64,000 bases of DNA from Eledone cirrhosa. Its lineage: Eukaryota. The notes under the pieces are model-generated. The model had not been told where the DNA came from. It worked only from the letters and a program-made list of their open reading frames with translations, and did no database searches. The stretch covers positions 408,828,001-408,892,000 of the forward strand of contig OZ024740.1 in assembly GCA_964016885.1 (NCBI GenBank), given 5' to 3'. Of the stretch, positions 39,829 through 54,395 are shown piece by piece. A program made the translations under genes and the position numbers. Every line of letters begins with the position of its first letter. The first letter of the stretch is position 1.

Positions 39829-40265
39829 TCTCCAAGACAATGTCACTGGACCGAGATCTTTGGTGCAACACAGTAATACAGAAGACCCGCCTTGCCTAAG
39901 TACAAAGCGAAACCTACAGTCAGTAGGCACCTCTTAACCAAAAATACGCCCCCATCCCACTACCCCTACCCCCACCCCCATCTACACCACCCCTTTCGCT
40001 GTAAAGCTATGTTGGTACCATAGCATCCAGTCCTAAATAAATGAGGTTGTGTAGGCGTCACGACAAAAAAAAACACAGTCCACGCTGTAATGTGGCCGTG
40101 TAGATAACACGGTAAAAACCTCCCAGTCCACACTGTAAACGTGGTTGGTGTTAGGAAGGGCATCCAGCCATAGAAAACCTGCCAGACAGTCAATCTTGCC
40201 TCAAGTGGGACAATTCCCATCTAAACCCATGCTAGCGTGGAAGATAGACATTAAACGATGACAAT
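39829..40265 (+). mobile_element. Diverged RTE family 1 3' end
   Basis: TCTCCAAGACAATGTCACTGGACCGAGA..GAAGACCCGCCTT followed by the family 1 3'UTR and tail. Confidence 0.85.
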
Positions 40266-42275
40266 GACACTGACACACTACCTTGAATGTGGATCACCTC
40301 ACACCTCTGATCTTCTTTCAGCCTCTTTTTGTGCTATGTATACTTGTCGCCTAGCCTACATTTTTCCAGTCTCTCCACACCTATCTCTTGGTTTTAATGG
40401 CTTTATCTACAGTGCTGTTTCACCACTAGGCCACCCTCTGCTTGGCTGGTATTACAAGTCTTTTCAGTAGTCTGTGGTACTTTTTCACATTTTCTTTTTT
40501 TCCCCCCTTACTCTCATCTATCTTCCTACTTATCTCTCCTAAGCATTCTTCTTGCTCATTCTAACTTCCAATGAAAGACTAGTATCTGAAATATTAAAAC
40601 TTGTTCCAAACATTATCAAGTGTTAAACTAATATATCATCATTGTTTTATATTGTTTTCCCCTCCACTTGTGATTTAGATAGTTCAGTAACAGAAGTTAT
40701 CATTTATTTCTATAGAATATTCCTTGGATTGGAAAGAGGTTATCTCATGGGTGTGTTTATCACTAACTACCTCTCTGTATCTATACACACTCATACTTGC
40801 TTCTATCTACCAGGAACAAGGCAACCATTGGTGCTGATGAATGAATGAAGACATTGTGCAGTAAAGAGGACTCTTTAGTCTTGTTAAGGACAAGGCGCCT
40901 TCTGTTGTGTTGGTGCAAAATCACAGCACACTTTATGAAGTGGTTGGTAAATGAGCAAAGTCAATATAGGGTTGAAGGGACCTTTTAATTAATAATAAAC
41001 TAGAAACCTTGACAAAAATAAAATGCAAAAATGAGATGTCCCCAACCTGTCTAGGAAAGCAGTAGCTCCAAATAAGAACTGACTTGGTTCGTAATAACCT
41101 GTCTAATCCAAGCCAGCATGGAAAGTGGACTTTGGAAAAAAAAAATGGTGATGATGATGGCAGTTGTGGTGTTGCTATTACCATTGTCTTTTGTATATAG
41201 CAGGTTTCTGCACAGTTTCTTTGAGGAAATTGCACTCAAACATATACACAGTCCACTGACTAGAACCTGTAAAAGTACAAAAGTATATATATTTTATGAA
41301 AGGGTATAGTATTTGACTGCTACTTATTTTATTGACCCTGGAAAAATGAAATGTGAAGTCAGCCCTGGCAGGGTTTGATCCGTGTAGGCTTGTTTATGTA
41401 ATCATTAGTTGTTTACCTGAACTAAGAGTAAAGTCATAAATATTTTACTGTACTAGTGCCCTAGTTTTTTGGAGCTGTGCTTGATGGATGTTGTTATTGT
41501 TATAAGAAATAACTTGAGAGGAGTGGGAGTCAATTACATCCTTTTCCTCCTCTACAGATTCTTTATATATACATCTATGTATGTTCGTGTTTTGTGTGTG
41601 TGTATATATGTAATCTGTATGTTTATATATATAATGTATATGTAAGTTTATATGAGTATATAGATGTCTGCCTATTTTTATGTATACTTAGTATATGTGG
41701 AACATAGAGATTAAACGATGATGATGATAAGAAAAATGTGTATATATTTTACGCTGAATGAAGCTGCTAGCAGCAGGGAAGTTTGAACCTGTTTAACAAC
41801 ACATTTAATAGCGTCATCTATACCAATTTGCTCATGCAGTATTCAACACACCACTTTGAAATTTGTTTTGATGCTGTGTTTTTTTAAATTACACCCAACT
41901 GTGAGTGCGCATGTTTCTGTGCGTGCATACTACTTTCAGCTCTATTATGGTGACTCTAGTTTCGAAGTACCAAAACAGTTTGACAAGAACAATGTGTGTG
42001 GTGTGTGCGCCCCCCCCCCCCCCCCCCGACAAAACGATAACAACAACAACAAAAAGAAAAAAAAAGACTTCAGAATTTCACTGATCTTTCAAGCTACCAT
42101 TCCAGTTAAATAGCAATCCTGATATGTTGATGAGGTGGTTGTTATTGTTTACTGTAACCATCTCTTTGAATATCTTTCTATAAAGCTGCTGTCAATCATT
42201 CTAACTAATATATAGACTCTCTGACAAACTAGAGTTCACTGACGCTATATGTACTTATCTTCTTAACTAACATTT

Positions 42276-43260
42276 CATGTCTGTTTGTTTCTATGCTTTC
42301 CATGATTTAAGTTTTCTCCAGCATAGTGTCTCGCTATTTCATACAATTTATTGTCATTTTGTAAAGTTTCAACCTCCCAAGATTAGACTACACCATTTCT
42401 TTCCACGTGTTCCTCTTCTGCTGGTTCCTTCCACTTGGATCACGTGGCACTTTTTTTTACCCAACTGTTAACTTCCATACACATCACATGTCCATACAAA
42501 CTCAATCTTTTCTCCAGTATACATCTGATACTTCTTACTCCCAGTCTTTGCTCATTTGTGTTGTCATTCATGCATGTCAATATTACACATCCAGCATCAT
42601 TTTTTTCCAGTCCTTGCACATCCTCCACATTCAATGTCCTTGTTTCATTATCATGCATTGTTGTACTTCATACTCAAGCATCATGCAATCTGCTCTTCAC
42701 TTGGAGAGAGAGAGAGAGTCCTCTTGTTGCTTGTAGAAGTAATAGTTCTCTGAATTTTTTATATACATTTCTTACACTGGTTCCTTTGTTTTTAGAACAC
42801 CATCCTCCACAATTGATTAGGTCACTTAGGTATCAGAAGCTATCAACAAATTCTAGGGAGCCCTCTGAGCATTTCAAAGAATATATTTTATGGATGGTGT
42901 GTAACTATTACATTGGAAGTCCTTCTTAATTAACCTGCTGTAATCCCATTGCTTTTTGCACCCACTGTATATTGTAGTCCAACTTACTCCTTTCCTGCAT
43001 ATTGAACTTGCTGTCCTCAAAATTATAGGTTTCTATCCCTTCCTCTTGACATGAGTCATGTAGTGCCCCTCAGAACATGTCTAAGAGATATTTCTTTCTT
43101 TAGATTGTTTTGAGTTCCTGGGTCCATCTGGTTCATATTCCAATGTCACTAATCATAAGTCTATGCTGAAAGGTAGATTCTTCACTGTGGAAAGATTTAG
43201 TATTCACATCCATCTGTTGATCCTATTTAAGTCTATCAGGTTGCATATTTGCCTCTATGG
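42276..43260 (-). mobile_element. Old degenerate RTE LINE fragment
   Basis: ORF 42440..42658 retains RCILEKRLSLYGHVM and WVKK; APE-region remnants near 43140-43260. Confidence 0.65.
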
Positions 43261-43651
43261 TACCTGGCCACTGAGGTGAACCAGCTATTGATATTCAAAT
43301 AAACTGAAGGGCTATCTGGTTTCAGTCATAAATTGACAATTATCATAAAAATGTTTAAATCTGTATAGAACATTTTGAAAATTGAGATACCAGTGTTAAT
43401 CTAAAGCAAGATTTAATCACCACCTGGAGAAAACACACACATGTAAATTCTGTATTGATACTTTATGTAGTGTGCAATTGAGAGATCTAAGTGAACAACA
43501 TTGTGGTGACCTAAAGAACAAGGTTATTAGTAAATTAAGCTGGCATTTGCTAATGTCAATTTATGTTTTCAGGGCTTCAATAATTACTGATTGTCTCTCA
43601 TATTAAAGCTATCAAGAGGTTCATTGCCATTTTCAGGACTTTCATTTACAT

Positions 43652-44283
43652 TGGATTGGCAGTATCAGTAGAGCATCAGACACCATGCTTTGCAGCACAT
43701 AGTTCTGGCCCTTTACGATCTGGGTTCAAATCCCGTCGAGGTTAACTTTGCCTTTCATCCTTATGGAGGTCAATTAAATAAAGCACCAGTAATGCGCTGG
43801 GGTAATTGCTGGTCTTGTGCCAAAAGTAGAAACAATTATTTATCTATCCCAGGTGGTGGATTGGCAATGTTGGTAGAGCATTGGACACCATGCTTTGTGG
43901 CATAGTTATGTCACTTTATGTTCTGAGTTCAAATCTCGCCGACGTTAGCTTTGCCTTTCATTGTTAAGGGGTCGATAAAATAAAGTACCAGTAACGCACT
44001 GATGTTGATTTAATCGACTTTCCCTTTCCCAGGCATTGTGCCTAAATCAGAAAGCATTATCTATCCCCATCTGTGGATTGGCAGAGTCATTAGAGCATGG
44101 GACAGTTGCTTGCTATTTGTTTGGCTCTTTATGTTCTGAGTTCAAACCTCAGCACAGTTAACTTTGTGTTTCATCCTTCTCAGGTTGATCAAATAAACTG
44201 CCAATTAACTACTGAGATCAATATTATCAACTTTTCCCCGCCCCTCAAATTGTTCACATTCTGCCAATGTTAGAGAGAATTAT
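43652..44283 (+). mobile_element. Three tandem tRNA-derived SINE copies
   Basis: GGATTGGCA heads at ~43652, ~43858 and ~44075, each followed by GTTCAAA and TTTCAT.. body and AGAAAC/AATTAT-type tails. Confidence 0.8.
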
Positions 44284-46290
44284 CTATATCTTGTCTCTCT
44301 CTTTTTCTCTTCCTCTTCCTTCGCATGCATGTACACACAACTAATGATGAGGATTATATATGTATATATATGCACACGCATGTCCAACCCATGCCAGCAT
44401 AGAAAAATGGATGGAAAATGTTAGTCAATGAAGTAGACAGTGCTTCCTGTCAACGCCAACAAGAAAGTAAATATGAAGTAGAAATCCGTTTGTGGGTTTG
44501 TTTCCCACTAAGTTTTTTTAAACATATTGATTTTCATGTTGGCATTGCACAGTAACTTTCTTTAAAAAAAGAAATGTTAGAACAACTTTATAGGGAATTC
44601 ACACTCTGGTTTTTGCAATGTCCCACTTTTATTTAAATAAACTGAATGTTATACTTGAGATAGTGCCTAGAAAATGTGTGTACATGTACATGTTTCTGCT
44701 GTCTTTTCTTCTTTTTTCCCCTCTATTTATTCTTTATTTTTTGTCTTTTCTATCTTTCCCTCTTTAAAAGATGTTTCTGTCTGTGAAAATATTAAAACCA
44801 TTATAAAGATTTACTCAGTTATGTCACAGTGAAAAGTATAGCAAGTTTATGCAATATGTTTATTGTGTTTAGTACACTGAGTTCATATATAAATTTATAC
44901 CTTCGATTACATAGCCAACTTGTCTGGCAGTGAGAGAAGGGTTTACAATAATATAGTGACTATTTAGATTTATTATAACTAAAAGTTTTGAGATCAAGTT
45001 GACATTGTATGATTTAAACAATGCATATAACACTATATGTATTATAGTGTGTGTGCATACATGCAGGCACGCTAATAATATTCTGCATGATAGCGAGGTA
45101 TGTCAGTTTATAACCAAAATAGTGATCTGATTGGGTGTTATTTGTTATGTATATAACATAATATAGTACAATGCATGATAGTGCAATTGTACAGATTATT
45201 GGTGGACACATGTATTGCAATCATAAGTTTGATCTCACTATGTGACTTCTTGGGTTGGCCCAAGCCTTTTGAGTGGAATTGGGTTGACAGAAACTAAATG
45301 GAAGCCTGTTGGATGGACTTTGTAATTCAAAAGTGTAACCTTGCCATGCATTGTCATGTGGAATACTCACCCACTTGACATGCCAATTCAATGGGGCATG
45401 TTTCTGGTGTTGTTTAGTCCCAGGTTACTCTTGATTGAGCAGACCTATGATCAAAGGTGCTCTTCTTGATCACCTCCCTACTTGAAGTACCTATAATCTA
45501 TGGAGAACTTCCTTCCATTCACATATTTGACCAATTCCTTATTGATTATTTCCAGCTAGATCTTGTGGGTGATGGTATGTTTTCTGTTCTTGTAGATAGA
45601 GATATGGAAGTAGTTGCTTTTGTAGATGGAGTTGTGTAAGTAGATCCATGTGTCCATCTCAGTATGACTATTTCTGAATTAAATCAGACATGGCTGGCTG
45701 GTAAAAGGAAGTTTGTTGAATATGTTCATTCTTCAGACAGTTAATTTGTGGTGCTCCAAGGATTTGGCAAATGCATTCCATTTGATAATCTTCCATAACA
45801 ACAAAATTTATATAGATGATTGATAAATACAAATTTTAGTGTGCAATATAGTTAATGGCCCCATATATCAATTTGAAATCTGTGTACATGTACACACACT
45901 TGTATTTTTATACACTCGTGTATTTTTATACACACATGCACACACATATTTAGACACATATAAAATGGACATATGTACAACATTCATGTATAAAGTTTTT
46001 TTTTTACCATTAAGTTAACATTTTGTTCAGTTCAGAAGAAAGCAAGTTATATATAATAGAAAGAAAGAATGATGTGTGAGTGTGTGTGTGTGTGTGTATG
46101 TATGGCACAAATTCCAAACTGCATCTCATCTAGATTAACAAGGTCCCTAATCAGCTGTGTTATAGCTCTTTCTGTTATTTTCATGACCTGGTTTATCAAC
46201 TTGATACGTCTATAGTTTCCCCTATCAAGTGCATCTCCTCTACCTTTGTAGCAGTTTACAATTGTCTATCTGTTCCTGTGGGGGGGGGGG

Positions 46291-48583
46291 GTCGTGTCTT
46301 CTCTATTACTGCGTGACGCCAGAGGTCACGGTCGTGTGTCATTGCCCTTGAGAGGTGCAATTGGGTAAGGTCAGCCTTTATCACCTCATCCCAGGTCTTC
46401 TTGGGTCTCCCCACTCCGCGGCTTCCATCGACTTCTAGTGTTCTGCACCTTTTTATGCAGCTGTCATCCTTCATATGCATCACATATCCATACCAACGTA
46501 ACCTCCTCTCCTGCACACAGCATTTGATTCCTCTGATGCTCAGTCTCTCTCTTAATTCATTTATGCTTTGCCATTTGCGTATATTACTATTACACATCCA
46601 CCAGAGCATGCAAGCTTCGTTTCTTTCTAATCTGCGCAAGTCTTCCACAGACAGCACCCAGGTTTCACTTCCATGTAACATTGCTGGTCGTATACACGCA
46701 TCATACAGTCTGCCTTTCATTTTGAGGGAAAAGCCTTTTGCAGCTAGCAGTGGCAGTAGCTCCCTGAAGTTCTTCCATCCTGTTCTTACCCTAGTTATTG
46801 TACTTTCTGAACACCCACCTCTGCTGCTAATTTGGTCACCTAGGTAGCAGAAGCTGTCTACTGTTTTTACAGCGCCCTCCCAGAGTTTGGTGGTGCTTGT
46901 TTCATGTGGTTGTTTGGTGCTTGTTGTCCCAGCGCAGCTGCTACATATGAAGCCTACATTCTTAGTTAATCTTCCTGAGATCCCACAACATCTCTTGTGT
47001 ACCCATTGTTTGTATTTGGGGCAGAGGATGGAGTTCCTACCTACACCTTTCCTACATAATGAGCAAGGCCATTTCCCTGAGGGAATCTGGGTTCTGTTTT
47101 CTAGTCTACTTACAAGAACCTTAGTCTTTGTCAGGTTGACTTTGAGACCCTTTCTTTCTAGTCCCTGCTTCCATGTTTGGAATGTCTTCTCTAGTTCCAC
47201 CATGGATTCAGCTATAAGTGCGAGATCATCTGCATACAGGAGTTCCCACGGGCATCCGGTCTTAAACTCCTCCGTTATTGCCTGCAAAACTATAATGAAC
47301 AGGAGAGGGCTAAGAACAGAACCCTCGTGGACACTGACCTGTATGCTAAATTCCTTGCTATAGTCATTGCTAACTCTAACTTTGCTGACTGCTCCTCTAT
47401 ACATGGCTTGATAGCTTTCACAAGCCATTCCTCTACTAATTTTCTAAGAGTCCACCAGATTATAGCATGGGGGACTCTGTCGAAGGCTTTTTCCAGATCA
47501 ACGAATGGCAGGTAGAGCGGCTTACTTTTAGCTAGGAACTTTTCCTGTAACTGCCTCACAAGGAAGAGGGCATCAGTGGTGCCTTTTCCTGGTACAAAGC
47601 CAAATTGCATCTCATCTAGTTCCACCCGGTCCCTAATCAACTGTGCTATAACTCTTTCTGTTGCTTTCATGACCTGGTCCATCAGCTTTATACCTCTATA
47701 GTTTCCTCTATCTAGTGCATCACCTTTACCTTTGTAGCAGTTGATAATGATGTTGCTGCACCAATCCTTTGGTATGATACCCTCTAGTATTACCTGGTTA
47801 ACAATTTGTGCAGTTATGGTGTGACCTACCGACCCAGATGCCTTCAGCATCTCGGCAGCTATACCCGATGGACCGGTTGCCTTCCCTGTCTTCATATCTT
47901 TAATTGCTACTTACTATTGCCTTACTTACTACTCTGCTGCTGACTTGTACTGCTGGCCCCTCTATAGGGTCCACTTGGGGTAGGGTCTCTTTTTCCCATG
48001 CATTCTCCTCATTTAGTAATCTTTCATAATGGCTCTTCCACGCATCTTTCTTCTCAGCACTCGTGAGGGCAAGCTCACCTTTATCATTCCGGATACACTT
48101 CTCTCTAATGACATCACAATTCTCTCTGACACACTGCCTCGCAATCTTGAACACCTGTTTCTGGTCCTCACGTTGCGAAACATGCTGAATTTTCTATCCT
48201 CTGCTTCCCTTCTAGCTAAGTATACTTGTTGCCTAGCTTCCCTCCTGGTCTCTATGTAATGTACCCTGCTACCCCGTTCTTCCATTCTTTCCATGCCTGT
48301 CTCTTAGCCTTAACTGCCTCATCTACCTTATTGTTCCACAACCAAGTCATTCTCCTCCTCCTCCCTGTGGACCTGCTCCAACCACAGATCTCGTCCGTCG
48401 CCTTTAGTAAGTTTTTTTAGGAACTCCCAGTGCTCTTCTACATTGAATGTCTTTATCTGTTCTTCTTTACTATCATAGGCGTCGAGTAGAATATCTTTAA
48501 ACCTGCTACTGACTGAGGGGTCTTTCAGCTTCCAGATCTTTCTTCTCCAGGTTGCTTTCTGTTTCCAAGTTCGTCTAGTTTTG
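46291..48583 (-). mobile_element. RTE-clade LINE, family 3: truncated at both ends and frameshifted
   Basis: ORFs 48328..48624, 47900..48154, 47290..47895 and 46256..47428 give RT motifs (FVDLEKAFD, LYADD, FCYLG); 3'UTR lost at a poly-G run; 5' end abuts (TA)n. Confidence 0.9.
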
Positions 48584-48810
48584 ATATATATATATAGTAG
48601 TGATGTCTTAGTGTTTATTGACAACTAGGCAGCAGGCTTGGACAGTGGAAGTTGTGATGGAATATGAATCATTGATATACTTTGATTAATAAGTTGACAC
48701 TTTAATGAATTAAGCATTGAAACTTCTTATAATGATGATAATTTTGTCTTTAAATGATGTTTTAAAGAGAACACTTCTAACTATTTTCTTTCCCTTGTTC
48801 ATTTATCCAG

Positions 48811-48923
48811 GTGCAGGAGCTACTGCAGTGGTGCAAGCTGCATATTGCCGCCCCAGGAATGAAAAGATTGCCATCAAACGTATTAATTTAGAAAAATGCA
48901 ATACATCTTTAGAAGAATTGCTG
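48811..48923 (+). CDS. OXSR1: Internal exon of an OSR1/SPAK (STK39/OXSR1, Drosophila Fray)-family STE20 kinase, subdomains I-III
   Basis: Polypyrimidine tract + CAG at 48808-48810 and donor GTATGT at 48924; encodes (G)[37 protein letters not shown], which I recognise as closely matching the OSR1/SPAK glycine loop and AIK lysine region. Confidence 0.9.
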
Positions 48924-48995
48924 GTATGTTGATTAATGTTTTCTTTATTAACTTTAAAAAAAACAACAAAGAAACAAGAGTATACCCTACATGTG

Positions 48996-49202
48996 TTAAC
49001 CCTTATGATACCAAACTGCCCGAAACTGCTCTGGGTTCTTTGATATAAAACTGTTTATTTTTATCTAAAAACTGAAAGTTATATTCCAATGATAAAATTA
49101 GTTACATTACTAAATTCCATCCAAATCCTCTATTATTTTTCAAAATGATTTGAAAATTATATGGAGTATCATTCATAAGAAATATAGTAATGAAAGGGTT
49201 AA
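48996..49202 (+). mobile_element. TTAA-flanked MITE family B
   Basis: TTAACCCTTATGATAC...GTAATGAAAGGGTTAA terminal inverted repeats. Confidence 0.72.
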
Positions 49203-49744
49203 GGAATAAATTATCACTGTGTGGTAGTGGTTAAATGATTATTTGTTTACATTTGTCTAGTGGTGTATTGGATTACACATGCCAATATCATCTAATTCCT
49301 TCTACTACAATAGATAGTCATAGTGCATTTATATTATGTAACATGTCCTGTTATAAAAATTAATTTTCCAAAAGTACTTCTTCAAACAAGTAGCTATTGT
49401 TGTAAATACTTACCCCACCATTGCCAGTATTGTAGTGTACTATTTATATTTATAGGCATATTTATATTTTCTCTCTAAACTCAATGTGTCCAAATTCATT
49501 TGACTATCAACTGTTTGTATCAAATATTAATATCAAACTACTATGAACTAGCAGTTTGTCTCTGGTTGATATTTATTTTGTCTGTTTAATGCCATCAAAC
49601 TAGAGCTAAGTGCTGTGTATTTTTAAAACTCCCTTGAGCATTTCAAATCTTTTATTTTTATAAGTTCAGAGGTATCATTTGTTAAATGTTATCGGTGGAC
49701 TTACTTGACTAAGGATCTAGTTTGTATTAAATTTACTATTATTA

Positions 49745-50038
49745 CCACAACATCCAGTCCAAATAAATGAGATAATGAGATCGAGATTGTGTAGGTGTCA
49801 CGACAAAAAACACACAGTCCACGCTGTAATGTGGCCTTATAGGTAACACGGTAAAAAGTTCCCAGTTCCACACTGTAAATGTGGTTGGTGTTAGGAAGGG
49901 CATCCAGCCATAGAAAACCTGCCAGATAGTCCTATATGAGTGAGACACGGTCACCCGACCAACCTTGACTCAAATTGGGACAACTCTCGTCTAACCCATG
50001 CTAGCGTGGAAAATGGACGTTAAACGATGATGATGATG
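49745..50038 (+). mobile_element. RTE family 1-related 3'UTR fragment
   Basis: CCACAACATCCAG..GGTTGGTGTTAGGAAGGGCATCCAGC..GGACGTTAAAC(GAT)n. Confidence 0.8.
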
Positions 50039-50307
50039 AGGACCCATGTTCCAGAGTCCAACTTCCACTGTGAATAACTTTGTTTTTTGTTTGTTTGGGT
50101 GAAAAGACACAAGGTGTTTAGGCAAATAACATGTTATAATTATAATTCATCTCATATGACGTTGACACAAATACCCCATGTAGAGCAAGTATTTTCATTT
50201 TATTAGTCTTGATATTATGAGTAAACTGTTAAGCTTAATTTATTGTTGCAAAGCAGGATATAACATGATTTAAACACCTGTTCTTTTTATTTGTTATGAA
50301 CATGAAA

Positions 50308-50652
50308 TGTACGTGAACGACCAAGCATTGATGTGTTGAGAGAGAAACTGTCTGAGAGGGATAAATTGTAGTGTGTGGTAGAGGAGACTGCAATGGTATG
50401 GACATGTGATGCGCATGGAGGATGACCGATGGGTGAAGAAGTGCCAAGAAATGCCAGTTGAAGGAAGACGTAATAGAGGAAGACTATGAAAAACATGGGC
50501 GGAAGTGGTGAGAGCAGACGTCAGATCGCTGAAGCTCACAGTGGAGATGACGAAGGACCGTGACAAGTGGAGAGATACTGTGCTGAATAGGACCCGTCCC
50601 ACCCTTGCAAACAGGGAAAAGCGGATGTAAAATGATGATGATAATGATGATG
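50308..50652 (+). mobile_element. RTE family 2 3' fragment
   Basis: Aligns to 3378-3723 including the tail. Confidence 0.88.
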
Positions 50653-51805
50653 AAATATGATTGATTGATAAACCAGTGTAGCAAAAACTGCTCCCCAAAG
50701 ATTAGCTATACTCATCAAGGCTACAAAATACTTTGACTCCAAACAGTTGTGACTAAAAATCTCATGTGAAACCCATTATGAAATACTGCTTTGACATCTG
50801 GGACAGTACTTTCATCCAAATGAAAGCCACCCAACAGATTAATTTGGTCTCTTGTTCCTATACACTTTTAACTCTGTCCCAGAGACATGCTATCTCTTCA
50901 TCTTTGTCTCTTTTACCACTACTACCATGCCTTCTGCTTCTTCAAGTTAGCTGGTTGTATATTACCTTCACCTATTCAACAGACACATCTTTTATTCTAG
51001 ATAGTTACATTGTTTTCCCTTCTAAAACATCAATTATTTGTCCCAATCCAGATCATCAGCCCTCAAGAATACCTATCTTTCCTGCAGTCATTCATCTGCT
51101 GTCTTGTAGTTGTTGAAGATGACATGAACTATCCATAGACATAGGCTTGACTGTGTGGTTGAAAAATTTGTAACAATGTACTTTCATGTTTAATCCCATT
51201 GCACGGAACCATGGGCATGTGTCATTTATTATAGCCTTAAGTTTTCCAATGCTTTGTAAGAGAAAAATATCAGCAATAAAAATTGTTTCTTAATGAAGTA
51301 GTAAAAAAAAAAGGTTAATCTGCCCCCCAAGCCCAGAGGCTCATTTGGCCAGAGCTTATCTTGGTTTCATTGGAATTAAGTAACCGACTACAAGACATAC
51401 CCCTAGAAAGTATGCCAGCTGCTTTTGGTATTGCTTTGATATGTGAAACCCTACCATATTTGTATTTAGTATACAGGATTCTCCCCAAATGTATTTTCTT
51501 TTAGCACTGTTGTTGATCTTACTCACTTGACTGGTACTTGTTATTTTCAATTGTGGAAGGATGACAGACAGTTGATTGAATTCAGTATATGTAAAGTTAC
51601 AACTAAATAACTAGGAGTATCTTGTTTGACACTCTGCTGTTTCTGCCAATTCACCACCATTAGTAACATTATTGTAAGTCAATAAACATAGATCACAAAT
51701 AGTTGTCTATATCACCTAATATAGTGATGAGGATCATGTTGGGCCATGTAAATATATGATGGAATACAATTTTTTCTTTTGATATTGTAAAAGACCAGTT
51801 TTTTC

Positions 51806-52021
51806 TTAACTCTTTAGCATTTACATTACTCTATATTTACTATTGTATTTTCGCAGTAAAGGTTTTATCTCACTTAATATTGAATCTATGAGATTTTGAT
51901 ATTATTTATTTTGAGAACAATACCTTAACATCAGTATAAGCAGCTGGTTACAGCTGGTTTGAACAGAAAGAGGTGAGAGAATTTTGGCCAAATGTGGCCA
52001 GTTTAAATGTTAAAGGGTTAA
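51806..52021 (+). mobile_element. TTAA-flanked MITE family A
   Basis: TTAACTCTTTAGCATTTA...TAAATGTTAAAGGGTTAA. Confidence 0.85.
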
Positions 52022-54395
52022 AGGAATCAACTATTCATTTCATCCCTCATGGGAGAATGTAAGTTAAAGTACAGAATGATGGAAAGTAAATATACTGTAA
52101 GACATTAAATACAATATGCTACTATATTTGCAATAATTTTAAGAATAATGTTTCTCGTTGTTTGGCATGAGGTCATAAATTTATGTTGAATGAGTATAGC
52201 TGACTAAATTGACCCCAAAACTTGATTGGTACTTATTTTATTGGCCCAGAAAGGATGAGAGACAAAGTTGATACCAGCAGGGTTTTGATTTAGATGGCAG
52301 AGGAACAAACTAAACATAGTGAGGCTTTTTATATTGACACAAAACCATAAATTAGTAAGGATGGCATGATAGAGACTGAATTTATTTTATATATTAATGT
52401 GGAACTGTATGAAAGTAATGAAAAACAAAATCAATGTTGATTGGATTTGAATTTTATTGCAATTGAATGGAATTAAATGTAACAAGGTATTTTGTCAAGT
52501 GCTCTAATGAACCCATGGCACACAATTAAAACACAAATCCCTATCACCAAACTACACCCCCTCCCCCAAATATGGTTGTTATCAACCATCGTAGTTATAA
52601 TGCTTGCTTTAACTTTTAACTTGCGGTCTCTGGGTGAGATTTGGGGTCAGCTGGTACAAACACAAAGCAAAATCTAAACATCAAAATAATAATAAGCCAA
52701 ACCTGGAAATGATAAATAAACAACAACAAAAAACATCCATAATACATAAAAAAGCCCCAGGTCAAACAAATATATACATCACATAGAAAGAGCACTAAGA
52801 GGCACTGCACATATATTAATAGGATACTTTCAGTACAATAGAAACAACATCACTAAAAACAATATTGCACATACCTATGGCACACAGTGCAATGACAGCA
52901 CAGTAAAAATTAGACTAATAATAATAATAATAATAACTCATCTAAATATCGCTCCATAATTTATAAACTACTCTCCAAAATGCTAACTGGTTCATTAAAT
53001 ATTACGCAATGATTCTAACAGCTAATGAGTGTACATTCTTAGGAGAGAAGGTGGTAGGGGATTTCTGAGTGTCAATATAAAGAAGACAGCTATTAATGTT
53101 GCCCACTACTTTTCCAACTCACAAGAAGACCTGCTACATGTTCGTGTTGTCTATAACTGAAGAAAGGTATAAAAGTGATTATATTTACAGCAGCAACATT
53201 CACACAACAAGTTGGATTAGACTTTGAATGGCTAAAGTTTAAATATAAAGCAGTAACTAAAATGAACATATGGCACGCGACTGTCGTGAACAACTAAAAT
53301 GACATAGCCATTGTTTTATTGAACCGTATGCCCTATTATCATATAGATCACAAATGCCACCTGTGTGATATATTTTCTGAAGCAATACACAAACATTGAA
53401 TCAGGATGTTCTGTACTAGCTTTAACAACATAGTTGGAGACATCATCATCGATTAACAGCTATCTTCCATGCTGGCTTGGGTTAGACACAACATATCAAA
53501 GCTGCTCTTACATATGCTCAGCCACCAAATTCCAACTACTTGAAGAAGAAGCTTTATGCTACTCATATGAACTTACTTCTCTTTAAAAAAAAATAATGTT
53601 AAGGCAATACTATACAACTTTAGCATAGACAGAGCACATAATAACCCGACACCATTTCCCATGACAAAAATTGCAGCAATCTACTTCTAATTATTCAGAT
53701 AACACTAAATGACCATATTGTTGTGCAGAACCACAAACACAAAGTTAATGAATGACACTGACCTAACTTTAATTAAAACACACAGTATGGTAGTTAAGGA
53801 ATGTGTCCATCATCCCACTGATTGGGACAACTGGAGTGAGTGATATATCACAACATTGACGGATTACCTATAAAGTTAAATATAAAATTGCAAGGATCTG
53901 TGAATCTTGTTAGCACATTCCTACACAGCATTTGTTAATCTTGAATATCAACAGGTTTTTCAAAGTGTACCTAATTTCTTTTTTGTATTCCTCCAAATAT
54001 GAATAATAAAGATTATGATATCTAAAATAAATGTATCATTGTCGTCCTTTAGCACCCACTTTCCCTGCTAATGAAAGTTGGATCATCTGCTGACAAGGTT
54101 GGTACTCAAGCAGAGGTAATGATCTCATAGATGGCCTGGGGTCCTTCATCTTCCTTAGATACATTCCTGTACCCCACTGAGTGCTCAGACAGGCCAGTGA
54201 CTTGGAACTCATATACAATTTGCTTTTTCAAATTCTTTTAGTTTTTCATTTATTTTTATATTCCATAATTTAACATTCCATAATTAAGACATTTTAAAAA
54301 ATTGTTCTAAAAATGGATTATTCTAAAGATCTATTTTACCTTTATATTGCACACACATCTGATATTCAAAGAAAGCTTAAATTACAAAACATGCT

